DNA from: Patescibacteria group bacterium
Lineage (GTDB): Bacteria > Patescibacteriota > Gracilibacteria > UBA1369 > UM-FILTER-53-11
Length of the DNA stretch: 40,961 bases
Direction of reading: 5' to 3'
Assembly (NCBI GenBank): GCA_038062615.1
Contig: JBBTWV010000066.1
Location: 1-40,961, forward strand
Part shown: piece after piece, positions 9,033-18,278 of the stretch
Position numbering within the stretch: the stretch's first letter is position 1
Layout of the letters: each line of letters begins with the position of its first letter
Notes under the pieces: generated by a model
Database searches by the model: none
Seen by the model: only the letters and a program-made list of their open reading frames with translations
What the model was told of the DNA's origin: nothing
Translations under genes and position numbers: made by a program

Positions 9033-9055
9033 CGTGCTTATTTTACAATGGGCCA

Positions 9056-9415
9056 ATGACTCATGTAACGCCATCTGAACGTACCGGACTTGAAAGAAAC
9101 ATTTGGCTCTTAAAACTCCACCGCATTGATGCCTTCATTTTTATGGGAGCGGTTTTTGTGGCGTTTCAGATGCATACCGTCGGCCTTTCGCTTACTCAGG
9201 TTTTAATTGGAGAGGCGATTTTTTCCCTCACTTGTTTCCTTTTCGAGATACCGACCGGTATTTTTTCCGATCTCGTGAGCCGGAAAAAAACACTCATCAT
9301 GGCGCAAATAAAATTGATGGCAACTGGAGTGACTGTTCCAGTTTCTTCTACCAACCGAGGAAGTTGACTTGCGGCGGTTGCGACACTTGCAGACATAGAT
9401 ATGGTTTACTCATGA
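9056..9415 (+). pseudogene. Truncated MFS transporter fragment
   Basis: MFS N-terminal signature 'GLSLTQV...EAIFS....LFEIPTGIFSDLVSRKKTL'. TGA stop after 103 aa, with only about 15 further degenerate codons before lemA. A complete MFS protein is about 400 aa. Confidence 0.75.
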
Positions 9416-9459
9416 CCCAAAAAGAGTAAACTCGCCTTAGTTATTTTTAACCAACTTTT

Positions 9460-10029
9460 ATGACATTTTTGATTGCCGGGCTCGTACTTATCCTCATCAT
9501 CTTTTACATTATTTACGCGGGCTTGATCGGCAAAAAAAACGCCGTTATGGAGTCTCTTTCTGGCATTGATGTGCAGCTGAAAAAACGCCACGATTTGATT
9601 CCTAATATTTTGACGCTGGCACAAAAATTCATGGATCATGAAAAAAGTCTTTTAAGTGAGATTACAGAGTTACGCGCGGCTGTTCAAAAGCCTCTTACGG
9701 AGGCCCAGGGCGCGGAGCTCCAGGAACGCTTTGACCTTGAAGCCCAGCTCAATGCAAAAATGGGAAAACTTTTTGTGAATGTAGAAAATTATCCGCAACT
9801 CAAGTCGGACCAGACCATTCTTCACGCGCAAGAGACGTACAACGAAGTTGAAGAACACATCGCCGCTTCACGCCGCTTTTACAACTCATCGGTGACCATT
9901 CTCAACAATGCCGTCAAAATCTTCCCAAGCAGCACAGTTGCGGGAATGTTAAACATTCAAGAGATGCCCTACTTTGAGGCCAGCGCAGAAGATAAAAAAG
10001 AAGTGAATGCCGCAGACTATCTCAAATAA
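9460..10029 (+). CDS. lemA: LemA family protein
   Basis: N-terminal TM; 'IDVQLKKRHDLIPN', 'ENYPQLKS', 'IAASRRFYN.SV...N...FPS' LemA motifs. Confidence 0.92.
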   Translation: MTFLIAGLVLILIIFYIIYAGLIGKKNAVMESLSGIDVQLKKRHDLIPNILTLAQKFMDHEKSLLSEITELRAAVQKPLTEAQGAELQERFDLEAQLNAKMGKLFVNVENYPQLKSDQTILHAQETYNEVEEHIAASRRFYNSSVTILNNAVKIFPSSTVAGMLNIQEMPYFEASAEDKKEVNAADYLK

Positions 10030-10984
10030 TATTATTTTCACCGAAAAGGAGCCCTACGAGAAGGGCTTTTCCGTTATTTTTGACCAGTATATAAAACCAA
10101 AGTTGCAATCCTTAGAAGAAAAAAGGGTAGAGCTTGAAAAAAAATATACGCAGAGAAAAATCATAAGCATTCCGGTAATAGCGGGAATCACGGGAGTTTT
10201 TGGTGTGCTCCTGGCTCTTGGAATTTTGCCAATAGATAGGCTCCCCGTTTTTCTTTATATCCTGGCCATAACCGGCGTGCTGTGGTGGATGCGAGGACCC
10301 GTGCGAGAATACACACGGCTGGCCAAAGAAAATATTATTCCCGAAGTCCTCAGATTTTTTGGGGACTTTGTTTACTCTGTGGATGACGGCATCGAGCCGC
10401 AAATACTGCAGCAATCACGCATTATGCCAACATACGATCACTACGATCATGAGGACTATTTGAAGGGCACGTATAAAAATGTTTTCATTGAGATGAACGA
10501 AGCGAATTTGAGAGTAAAAAGAGGCAAACATACCTCTACGGTTTTTAAAGGCCAGCTCATCCATTTTGTTTTGAATAAAAAGTTTACAGGGCAAACCATC
10601 GTCACTACCGATTCCGGCAAGTTGGGCAATTTTTTGGGATCACTTTTTTCTGGCATGAAAAAAGTGGGGCTGGAAGATCCTAAATTTGAAGCCATGTTTG
10701 AGGTGCGCGGAACCGATCAAATTGAGGCCCGCTACTTGCTCACCACGGCTTTTATGGAGCGCCTCATAAACCTCTCGGAGCTTTATCAAAACCACAAAAT
10801 TCAGTGCAGCTTTTTTGATAACACCCTCTTTATTTCCATTCCCTCAACGCTCAATTTATTTGAGCCTGGACCCATTGGGGTATCGGTTTATGACACCGAT
10901 AGCATCCATACCTTTCTTAAACAGATGCACTACGTTTTTGACATTGCCAACCAGTTAAAACTCACTAGCACCACTGGCCTTTAA
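10007..10984 (+). CDS. DUF3137-like membrane protein
   Basis: Two TM helices; 'ED...G', 'TVFKG', 'VGLEDPKFE..FEV...DQIEARYLLT..FMERL'. This family is a typical lemA neighbour. Confidence 0.75.
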   Translation: MPQTISNNIIFTEKEPYEKGFSVIFDQYIKPKLQSLEEKRVELEKKYTQRKIISIPVIAGITGVFGVLLALGILPIDRLPVFLYILAITGVLWWMRGPVREYTRLAKENIIPEVLRFFGDFVYSVDDGIEPQILQQSRIMPTYDHYDHEDYLKGTYKNVFIEMNEANLRVKRGKHTSTVFKGQLIHFVLNKKFTGQTIVTTDSGKLGNFLGSLFSGMKKVGLEDPKFEAMFEVRGTDQIEARYLLTTAFMERLINLSELYQNHKIQCSFFDNTLFISIPSTLNLFEPGPIGVSVYDTDSIHTFLKQMHYVFDIANQLKLTSTTGL

Positions 10985-10992
10985 ATCTCTCT

Positions 10993-11532
10993 ATGGAAGT
11001 TCTTCATTTTCACGCACAGCGCTTGGCGCATTTACGCCAAAAAATCATCATGTTTTTGATCGTGGTTTTTTTGGCAGGCATAGCAGCATTCCTCGTGGGC
11101 AAGGTTACCCAAAATGCCTATCACCGCTGGATTGGCTACAATGAGACGGAAACAGCGCAAGAAAAAGCGGCACCAAAAACCGCAAATGAAATATCTGCGG
11201 AAGAATTAACGTACACGCAAAAATTGAAGCAGTTCTTCGTAGAAATCAAAGATGCCTCCAAACAAAAAATTTCCCAAGTCGCTAAAGAGAGTGATACGAT
11301 TCAGTCATTTATCCATTTTCAAGAAAGCGTTTTTATTTTGATAGATAAAGCGGCGTTTTGGATTCCATTTGCGTTTGCTTTTATCGTTTCATTTTTCCTG
11401 ATCCACAAGCTCATAACGCTTAAGCAAAGCCTTTTTGGCGAAATTGACCCAGCGGTGAGACATAATATTGAAGCCGTGATGGTGCAGGTAAATGAACTGG
11501 AGAAGAAAGTGCAAAAGTTAGAAAACAGCTGA
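10993..11532 (+). CDS. Hypothetical membrane protein (2 TM, C-terminal coiled coil)
   Basis: 179 aa ORF in line with lemA-DUF3137; two hydrophobic stretches. Confidence 0.7.
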   Translation: MEVLHFHAQRLAHLRQKIIMFLIVVFLAGIAAFLVGKVTQNAYHRWIGYNETETAQEKAAPKTANEISAEELTYTQKLKQFFVEIKDASKQKISQVAKESDTIQSFIHFQESVFILIDKAAFWIPFAFAFIVSFFLIHKLITLKQSLFGEIDPAVRHNIEAVMVQVNELEKKVQKLENS

Positions 11533-11533
11533 A

Positions 11534-11637
11534 GCGAGGTTTGGGTCTTGCGGGTCCCAAACCGAGCGAAAAAAGGGAGGGGGCGCGAGTGTCGAGCCTA
11601 GCGAGACCGAGCGTAAGAGGGGGAACCGTAGGTTCCC
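11534..11637. repeat. Cluster of three REP-like hairpins
   Basis: GC-GA-GGTTTGGG...CCCAAACC-GA-GC (11534-11567); nested GA-mismatch hairpin (11583-11614); GGGAACC-GTA-GGTTCCC (11621-11637). Confidence 0.7.
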
Positions 11638-11639
11638 AC

Positions 11640-11674
11640 AAAAAAAGCGCCGACCATTCCTGGCCAGCGCTTTT
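11640..11674. terminator. Putative bidirectional intrinsic terminator
   Basis: AAAAAAAGCGC...GCGCTTTT imperfect hairpin between convergent genes, with a U-tract on both strands. Confidence 0.55.
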
Positions 11675-11683
11675 GACGATCAT

Positions 11684-14600
11684 TTATTTCTTCACACTCT
11701 TTTGAGGCTTCTTTTGATCTTTGAGATATTTGGCGACCGCTTTTTGAGTGGCTTTACCATAAACGCCATTGACGCTGAACTTCTTAGGAAGGTAACCCTG
11801 AGCTTTAAGCACTTGCTGAAGCTCTTTTACCTGTTTGCCCTTTGAGCGCACCGTCAATTTTTTGAGCAGCACATCGAGCCGAGAAACTTTGGCACCGAGT
11901 ACAACTCCAGGGATTACATTGTTCACGCTGTTTATACTTCGTCCTGAATCACCACCACCCACAGAAGGGGCAACAAAAGTAATAATCTGACCTGTATCTG
12001 CAGCGGCTCTATTTACCACTACAGAATACGTCGTTGTAGCGCCATTCTCTGCGGTTACCAAAAAGGATAATGGATTGGCACCGACAGAAAGATTCAAGTC
12101 TAAGGCTACTCCCGGTTGTACTACAAATTCACCCATCGTAATTCGCGCGAGCGGATCGCTGGCTGTGAAAGTGAGAGCGAATCTATCCACGGCATTATTA
12201 ACGTCCAACGTGTATGCCGCAATATTAGGAGCAAACGCCGGGCTCAAATCGCCGCTCGTGTTTTCCGTAAGAGAAGCAAGCGTAGAAACCGAATTCAGCA
12301 CTCTAGGAGCTGCCCTATCCACAATAATTCTCTGGCTTCCAACATAGATTTCATTCAGAGAGAAGGTAAACATAAAATTATTTTCACCAATATCAAGATC
12401 GAATGCGGCTTCGGTTCCTGGCTCAACCATACGGGTTCTTTCACTATTTTCCAGTTGAATAAAGACCGTATCAGCAAGACCTTCCGGCAGAACCGGAACA
12501 AAAGTCACACTGTCCTCATCATTGTTGGCATTAATAAAATTCTTGAATGATGCAGGATCATAAACCGGATCAAAATCCTGGACGAGGTTTTCGCCAAGCT
12601 GCATCATGCGGACGGAAGGCGTTACCGTAATGGTAACCGTACCTTCATTAGAATCCTCCGTGCCGTTATTGGCGACAAACGTGAAGGAATCAACTCCCGA
12701 AAAATCATCGTTCGGCCCGTATTCAAATGTTCCGTTAGGATTTATTACAAGGGTTCCTTGAGTTGGCATATTGGTTGCCGACACCAAAACAACATTGCTC
12801 CCATTGGCATCCACAGTAACCGCTTGAGCCAATAAGCCGCCTTGCACCACGCTAAACTGTGCATCCTGCGCCACAGAAACAGGCTGTGAGCGAGTCACTG
12901 ACACTGAATATACATCCTCGCTCAGCTGAGTATTATCTGCCGACATAGGGACCAAAATAAATTGGTTATCACCAACCTCCAATGGTGCCGAAGTAAATTC
13001 ACTCAGAGCCATAGAAGTTCTTTCGGAAGTTGCCAGCTGAATAAGATCATAATGATCCACCGCGAGATTATCGGAAGAGAGCCTGAATTGTGCAAAGGCA
13101 TCGCCATTCTTAGCCGAAACATTGTAATTAAAGAGTTCTTGATCAAAGTTCGTAAGAAGGTTGTTCTCAGAACTATCAACCATTACTTCAATTCCACCTA
13201 CGAGAGGTGCATTGCTGACGTCTTTATGGATTTCTAGAGGATACCGTCCCAAATAACTGCCCTGGGCGTCCCTAAGCTCAACATTAAAATAATTATTGGC
13301 GGCGGGAACAGGAACCTGGATGGGTGATCCCGGCGTACCCGCAACAGCGGAGCCCTCAGACGAGCGAACAACAATGCTCGTTACCCCTTGGTCATCAGTT
13401 TCAGCAATGACATTCACGCTCGTAGTTTCGTAGGGAATATCATTCAAAATGGCCATCATTCCGTTAAATGGAAACGCCAATTCAAAGCCTGGAGCGCGAA
13501 GATCCGAAAGCTGCGCCTGAGCTCTATCTACAAAGAAGAATAAACTATTGAGAGGCTCATTATCCTGTGAAAAAAGAGTAAAGGTAAAACCATTACCGCC
13601 AACATCCAGCGGGAAAGTTATGGCAGAGGTCGGCTCTATGGTCGTTACTTCTTCTTCATTTTTCTGGACCTGGATGGAGGCAATGAGTGGACTTTGGGCA
13701 TCTACACGGAAGGTTATCTCCGTCTCGGTATAGGCCGCCACAATGCCATTAAAATCGAGGTTCAGCGGTAGCTCAAAATCTTCGGCAAGATTTTCATCCA
13801 TATCAATCATGGGTATGAGCTGGACGTTAATCGTCACCGTGGCCGGCGCAGAATCTTGGGTTCCGTCGTTAACAACAAAAGTGAAAGAGTCCTGGAACTC
13901 AGCAACGTCTTCAAATGAACGGTAAGAGAACATTCCATCCTCTTCATCAAAAACAAAAAATCCATTCTGAGGCTCATCCACGACGCGGAAGCTCAAAAGA
14001 GCATCTTCAGCATCGGTACCAATCACCTGCCCATCAAGATCACGGCCAGAAAATACCGAAAATTCTTCTGACACCGCCACTGGTGGCGCGTTTACTTCTG
14101 GCTGAGGAATTTGAACCGTAAAGGTGTTATTGATTTCATCCAGCTCGGCAACTTCATTAGAAGAGTCGGTCATAATTTCCATGGCAAACGCACCTTCCGG
14201 AATATCAAAAAATGCAAGCACGTCTCTTTGTTCACCTGCCATCAAGCCAGCTATGACTCCTCCAGCCCCCGCCGTTCCGATATTTTCTGCGTTGGCATTA
14301 TAGTAATTGATCTGTGAAAAAAAATTAACGGTAATATTGTCGGTTCCGGTATTTTGGACCGTAAACGTCATGCTGCCAAAATCAAAATTGGGATCGGCTG
14401 AGGTAATAATAAGGTCTTGATTCGTAGGAAGCGGCTCAGCAGCGTCAACATTCAAAGTATTGTTAGTTTCATCAGTTTCAGAAATTTCATTTGGAGCATC
14501 GGCAACAACTTCAATAGTTACGGTACCTTCGGGAAGATCCAAAAAAACAGGCTGCTCAAGTTGGGCTCCTGCTGCAATTCCACCAAATAAGGTAAAGTCA

Positions 14601-15190
14601 GAGCTTCCAAGAAGCTCCCCGTTTTCTGCTAAAAAGTTCAATTCGTTATTCACATTCACCGTGATGTCATCAGTTCCATCATTGCGAAACATCACATCAA
14701 TTCTTCCTGCAGAAAAAACAAAATTTGCTGAGGGAAGTGTAAGGTCAATATCAGAAGGAGGTGGGACAGGAATCATGAGATCCATGACATTATTCGTCTC
14801 GTCCTCTTCCTCCTCCAAAGCAGGATTAAGAAACACACGAATAAAATCTGTTCCCTCAGGAAGCGCAGGAGCTTGCAATGGCAGTGAATACATTTCCCCA
14901 GGCAAAAGATCATCGGCGATATTAAATCCCGACATTCCTAATTGAGTTGGATTGTCTGGATCCGTATTATCCATGTACAAAAAATCCAAGAAAAAAGTCT
15001 GAGTTATTTCTTCGGTACCTATATTTTTTATGCTGACATCAAGAATCCCATCAATAAAAGTGGCTGACTCTATGCGCAAATCGATGGGGTCTCCCTCGAC
15101 GGCCAAAACTGGCTTAAGAGAGGGGAAAAACACCGATACGAGAAAAACCGACAGTGTTACTGTAGAAAGGAACTTTCTAAAAGTACCCAT
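11684..15190 (-). CDS. Large acidic surface protein: 3x CARDB, Ig/cadherin-like repeats, C-terminal peptidoglycan-binding domain
   Basis: Likely start ATG 15190 followed by a signal peptide. Three 'DL.I...N.G...E.DE.NN' CARDB repeats; two 'PVA...F.Y...DSFTFV.N.GT.DS...TVTI.V' Ig repeats; cadherin-like 'LSPAF.P...AYT...VTAENG.TTTY'; C-terminal 'G.QVKELQ..L...GYL.....NG.YG.AT..AV'. Confidence 0.8.
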   Translation of the reverse strand: MGTFRKFLSTVTLSVFLVSVFFPSLKPVLAVEGDPIDLRIESATFIDGILDVSIKNIGTEEITQTFFLDFLYMDNTDPDNPTQLGMSGFNIADDLLPGEMYSLPLQAPALPEGTDFIRVFLNPALEEEEDETNNVMDLMIPVPPPSDIDLTLPSANFVFSAGRIDVMFRNDGTDDITVNVNNELNFLAENGELLGSSDFTLFGGIAAGAQLEQPVFLDLPEGTVTIEVVADAPNEISETDETNNTLNVDAAEPLPTNQDLIITSADPNFDFGSMTFTVQNTGTDNITVNFFSQINYYNANAENIGTAGAGGVIAGLMAGEQRDVLAFFDIPEGAFAMEIMTDSSNEVAELDEINNTFTVQIPQPEVNAPPVAVSEEFSVFSGRDLDGQVIGTDAEDALLSFRVVDEPQNGFFVFDEEDGMFSYRSFEDVAEFQDSFTFVVNDGTQDSAPATVTINVQLIPMIDMDENLAEDFELPLNLDFNGIVAAYTETEITFRVDAQSPLIASIQVQKNEEEVTTIEPTSAITFPLDVGGNGFTFTLFSQDNEPLNSLFFFVDRAQAQLSDLRAPGFELAFPFNGMMAILNDIPYETTSVNVIAETDDQGVTSIVVRSSEGSAVAGTPGSPIQVPVPAANNYFNVELRDAQGSYLGRYPLEIHKDVSNAPLVGGIEVMVDSSENNLLTNFDQELFNYNVSAKNGDAFAQFRLSSDNLAVDHYDLIQLATSERTSMALSEFTSAPLEVGDNQFILVPMSADNTQLSEDVYSVSVTRSQPVSVAQDAQFSVVQGGLLAQAVTVDANGSNVVLVSATNMPTQGTLVINPNGTFEYGPNDDFSGVDSFTFVANNGTEDSNEGTVTITVTPSVRMMQLGENLVQDFDPVYDPASFKNFINANNDEDSVTFVPVLPEGLADTVFIQLENSERTRMVEPGTEAAFDLDIGENNFMFTFSLNEIYVGSQRIIVDRAAPRVLNSVSTLASLTENTSGDLSPAFAPNIAAYTLDVNNAVDRFALTFTASDPLARITMGEFVVQPGVALDLNLSVGANPLSFLVTAENGATTTYSVVVNRAAADTGQIITFVAPSVGGGDSGRSINSVNNVIPGVVLGAKVSRLDVLLKKLTVRSKGKQVKELQQVLKAQGYLPKKFSVNGVYGKATQKAVAKYLKDQKKPQKSVKK

Positions 15191-15313
15191 ATTGAAAAGG
15201 GGATAAGGGATATTGGTACCTTTTATAGCAATAACACCGCTAAATGTCAAGTCTTTACCTGTAAGGCATTTATATACAAGCACTAGTTAAACCAAAAACA
15301 GTCAATAATTGAC

Positions 15314-16717
15314 TTATTTATCTAAACCTCTGAAAAAATTCCAGATCGCAGTACCAGTGAAATTAGGCCAAGTATGAGGATAATAGCTGTGATCATATTC
15401 GGCGATATCCACATTATGAGGACACCAAATAAGAGGCGCATCGGTGCTGCAGGTATATTGGACGCAGTTGCCTACGGAAGGCTCTACTTTTACCGTTTTA
15501 TTATTGCACTGATTTTGATTTTTGAGTTGGTCACGGGCAACTTCTCCATCATGAAAAGGCACTAAGTTATCTTTAGGGTTATGCAGAATCATGGCGGCCA
15601 CCGGACCCGTGCAAGAACCCGTCGTCGTCCCACCACCAAGGGAGGCAATACCACGGATTGTGTCCCCACGGGCACACGCCAAGCTGTTGGTAAACCACGC
15701 ACCCAGTGAATGGCCAACTACAAAAATGTGATCCATATCAACACAATAACGAGTAGAGAACTCTTTCAGCAGCTGGTCAAAAAGCGCAAAATCCCGCAAG
15801 TTATTGGCTTTATCGCCGGGGCTGCTCCATGTATAGCTGCTGCCATTTTTTATGCCGCTGGGGTAAACGATAATCGCCTCTCCGCGGGAAGGTTTTTCAA
15901 TACCATAATAGCGACGCACCATTTCGTTGGAGTTGGTGCGTCCATGAAATGCAAAAATTAAGTTTTTGGGAATATTTTTTTCATAATCAGAGGGAATGAC
16001 GGTAATGTAGTTGCGTGCAACGCCATTCACCACCGAGCTCGTAGGTACTTTTTGTGGAGGATCCTTGCCGCAACCCAAAGAATTGGTGACGCGATGGTTT
16101 TGAGGCTGCTTGGTGCCCTCCTTCATGAGAATAATTTGATGCAAAATATAAGCTGCCTGTTCACGGGTAATTTCTGTTCCGGGCAAAATGGCATATTTGG
16201 AAAAAATGTTGTTGGTATGCGCAAAATCAACGAGCGCTTGGTACCACTCATCATTGGGATTATTTTGAGGAGGAGTTAAAGAACCAGCTTTAAAGCCCAT
16301 CGCAAGGGCTTCGGCAAAAAGAACATTATTGGATGGACGAAATCTTCCATCCGGATACCCGCTCACGATATTTTTCTTTTTGGCATAACACACGTAGCGC
16401 ACATACCAACCCGTTTTCACATCCTTAAAACAGCTGGGTGTAGCCGGCACGGCCACCTGGTCACCCAAATAGACTCGTAGCAGCATGGTAACCATCTCCG
16501 CACGCGTCACTTTATTTTTAGGGCCAAAGGATCCGTCCTCATAACCGCTTACCACACCCCGCTGGGCTAAAAAGGAAATACTCGCTCGATAGGTCTCACG
16601 AGCGGCTAAAATATCCGTAAAAACTGGAGGTGGTGCTTTTTGGGCGTCGCCTTGATGAAGAAAAAAAGCCGCACCGATAACGGTTCCAAAAACAGCCCAC
16701 AAAATATTTTTTAGCAT
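15314..16717 (-). CDS. SLH-domain protein fused to an alpha/beta-hydrolase (PHB depolymerase/LpqC/feruloyl-esterase-like)
   Basis: Signal peptide; three SLH repeats ('GVVSGYEDGSFGP...VTRAE', 'IVSGYPDGRFRP', 'ITREQAA'); 'LIFAFHG', nucleophile elbow GHSLG, 'H...D.LVP', terminal 'H.WP'. Confidence 0.82.
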   Translation of the reverse strand: MLKNILWAVFGTVIGAAFFLHQGDAQKAPPPVFTDILAARETYRASISFLAQRGVVSGYEDGSFGPKNKVTRAEMVTMLLRVYLGDQVAVPATPSCFKDVKTGWYVRYVCYAKKKNIVSGYPDGRFRPSNNVLFAEALAMGFKAGSLTPPQNNPNDEWYQALVDFAHTNNIFSKYAILPGTEITREQAAYILHQIILMKEGTKQPQNHRVTNSLGCGKDPPQKVPTSSVVNGVARNYITVIPSDYEKNIPKNLIFAFHGRTNSNEMVRRYYGIEKPSRGEAIIVYPSGIKNGSSYTWSSPGDKANNLRDFALFDQLLKEFSTRYCVDMDHIFVVGHSLGAWFTNSLACARGDTIRGIASLGGGTTTGSCTGPVAAMILHNPKDNLVPFHDGEVARDQLKNQNQCNNKTVKVEPSVGNCVQYTCSTDAPLIWCPHNVDIAEYDHSYYPHTWPNFTGTAIWNFFRGLDK

Positions 16718-16769
16718 CTTCACGCATCCTTATTATACTGTTCGCCATTCATTTTGTTACTATAATATA

Positions 16770-16852
16770 CGCGAAGACCTCATTCAGTCGCCAATCGCGG
16801 GGACGCTCTGGCTCCTTCACTCGGTCTTCGCGGCCTCGCCGTGCTCGGCCTA
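16770..16852. repeat. Palindromic element: long hairpin plus family-A module
   Basis: CGCGAAGACC (16770-16779) pairs with GGTCTTCGCG (16823-16832), followed by GCCTCGCCGTGCTCGGCCTA (16833-16852). It lies just downstream of TATAAT at 16761-16766. Confidence 0.75.
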
Positions 16853-16879
16853 GCAAGGAAGAATTAATTAATAGTGAAT

Positions 16880-18190
16880 ATGAAGACCATTGGAATTATT
16901 GGCGGAGGTGCAGCGGGAATGATGGCAGCATGCCTTGCAAAAGAGCAAAATCCGGATTCGCATGTGATGCTTTTTGAAAAAAATGCCTATTTGGGAGCTA
17001 AAGTTATTATTAGTGGTGGAGGCAGATGCAACGTCACCACCGGCATTACCGACGTCCGAGAACTTTTAAAAAATTACCCGCGAGGTGCCAAATTTTTAAT
17101 GACCGCGCTGTATCGCTTTCCGCCAGAAAAAGTCATGCAGTGGTTTGAAAATCACGGCGTGCCGCTAAAAACCGAAGAAGATCTGCGGGTTTTTCCAAAA
17201 TCAGATAACGGCAAGGATGTGGTTGGAGCGCTAGAAAAAGAAATGCGCAAAAAAAATGTTAAAATCTTCTGCAAAGCACCCGTGCAAAGCATTACGCAAA
17301 AGGTTGCCCCGACGTCACGTCGGGGCATTATTGGCTTAGCCTCCCCACGGCTCGGCCTAAAAGAGAAAAAATTCGTCATCACGCAGCAAGATGGAAAAGC
17401 TTACGAATGCGACGCCGTCATCATAACCACCGGAGGCAATGCTTATAGGCACACAGGCTCCACAGGCGACGGTTACGCATTTGCGCAGTCCCTAGGGCAT
17501 ACCATCACTCCCCTTGCCGCTTCCCTCAGCTCATTCAACGCCGCTGAACCTTGGGTCAAAAATCTTGCGGGTGTGTCGTTTGAAAAAGCTGCATTTACAT
17601 TCGCGCGTGAAGGCAACTCCAAAACATATGAACGAACCGGCGCGTTTGTATTTACCCACCGCGGCGTGAGTGGCCCAGCCGTATTCGCTCTCTCTAGTTT
17701 TTGCGCCTATGAGGCCATTTCACCGCAAACATCGTGGCAGCTCACCATCGATTTTTTCCCTGATGAGTCCACCCAATCTTTCACAAAACGATTCCAGAAT
17801 CTTGTCCTCAAAAATCCCAAAAAAAATATTGAAAACTTTTTAGACATGCTTCTGCCAAAATCACTCTGTGGAGCCGTCTTAGAAGTTTCTGGCGCAGCGT
17901 CCACTCTGATGGCTGGCAGCCTCAGCAAACAAAACCGAGAAAAAATAATCAGTCTATTAAAAGGATTTCCACTCACCATTATAGGACGGAGCGCCGGAGA
18001 AGAGTTTGTAACCGCCGGAGGAGTAAGCCTGAGTGAGGTAAATACCAACACCATGGAATCAAAAATCTGCCCAGGACTCTTTTTTGCGGGCGAGATTCTT
18101 GATATTGATGGATTTACCGGCGGCTTTAATCTTCAAGCTTCGTGGGCCACTGGAGCCTTAGCGGGTGAATGCGCGTCCGCATTTTTATAA
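16880..18190 (+). CDS. HI0933/BaiN/YhiN-family flavoprotein (NAD(P)/FAD oxidoreductase)
   Basis: 'IIGGGAAGMMAA', 'KVIISGGGRCNVT', 'GSTGDGY..A..LGH', 'FTHRGVSGPA', 'VTAGGV', 'GLFFAGEILDIDG.TGGFNLQ'. Carries a 19-codon repeat insertion. Confidence 0.92.
   Translation: MKTIGIIGGGAAGMMAACLAKEQNPDSHVMLFEKNAYLGAKVIISGGGRCNVTTGITDVRELLKNYPRGAKFLMTALYRFPPEKVMQWFENHGVPLKTEEDLRVFPKSDNGKDVVGALEKEMRKKNVKIFCKAPVQSITQKVAPTSRRGIIGLASPRLGLKEKKFVITQQDGKAYECDAVIITTGGNAYRHTGSTGDGYAFAQSLGHTITPLAASLSSFNAAEPWVKNLAGVSFEKAAFTFAREGNSKTYERTGAFVFTHRGVSGPAVFALSSFCAYEAISPQTSWQLTIDFFPDESTQSFTKRFQNLVLKNPKKNIENFLDMLLPKSLCGAVLEVSGAASTLMAGSLSKQNREKIISLLKGFPLTIIGRSAGEEFVTAGGVSLSEVNTNTMESKICPGLFFAGEILDIDGFTGGFNLQASWATGALAGECASAFL
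17303..17358. repeat. Palindromic element family A, in frame within HI0933 gene
   Basis: TGCCCCGACG-TCA-CGTCGGGGCA hairpin plus GCCTCCCCACGGCTCGGCCT; 46/56 identical to 18303-18358. Confidence 0.9.
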
Positions 18191-18195
18191 GCGGA

Positions 18196-18239
18196 CGGCT
18201 GTTAACAAAAAGTTCATAAAAAGTTTAAGAAAAGTTCAT
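18196..18239. promoter_or_regulatory. Phased 11-bp direct repeats upstream of comF (candidate regulator boxes)
   Basis: AAAAAGTTCAT / AAAAAGTTTAA / GAAAAGTTCAT at 18207-18239, plus an in-phase GTT unit at 18196-18206. Confidence 0.45.
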
Positions 18240-18278
18240 GAATGACTGCTAGGCTGAAAGAAATTTTCAGCCATTTTC

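Noticed and set aside
9365-9415. TGA read-through in the MFS fragment
   Set aside because: Even with both TGAs read through, MFS similarity does not continue and lemA starts at 9460, so it is a deletion relic.
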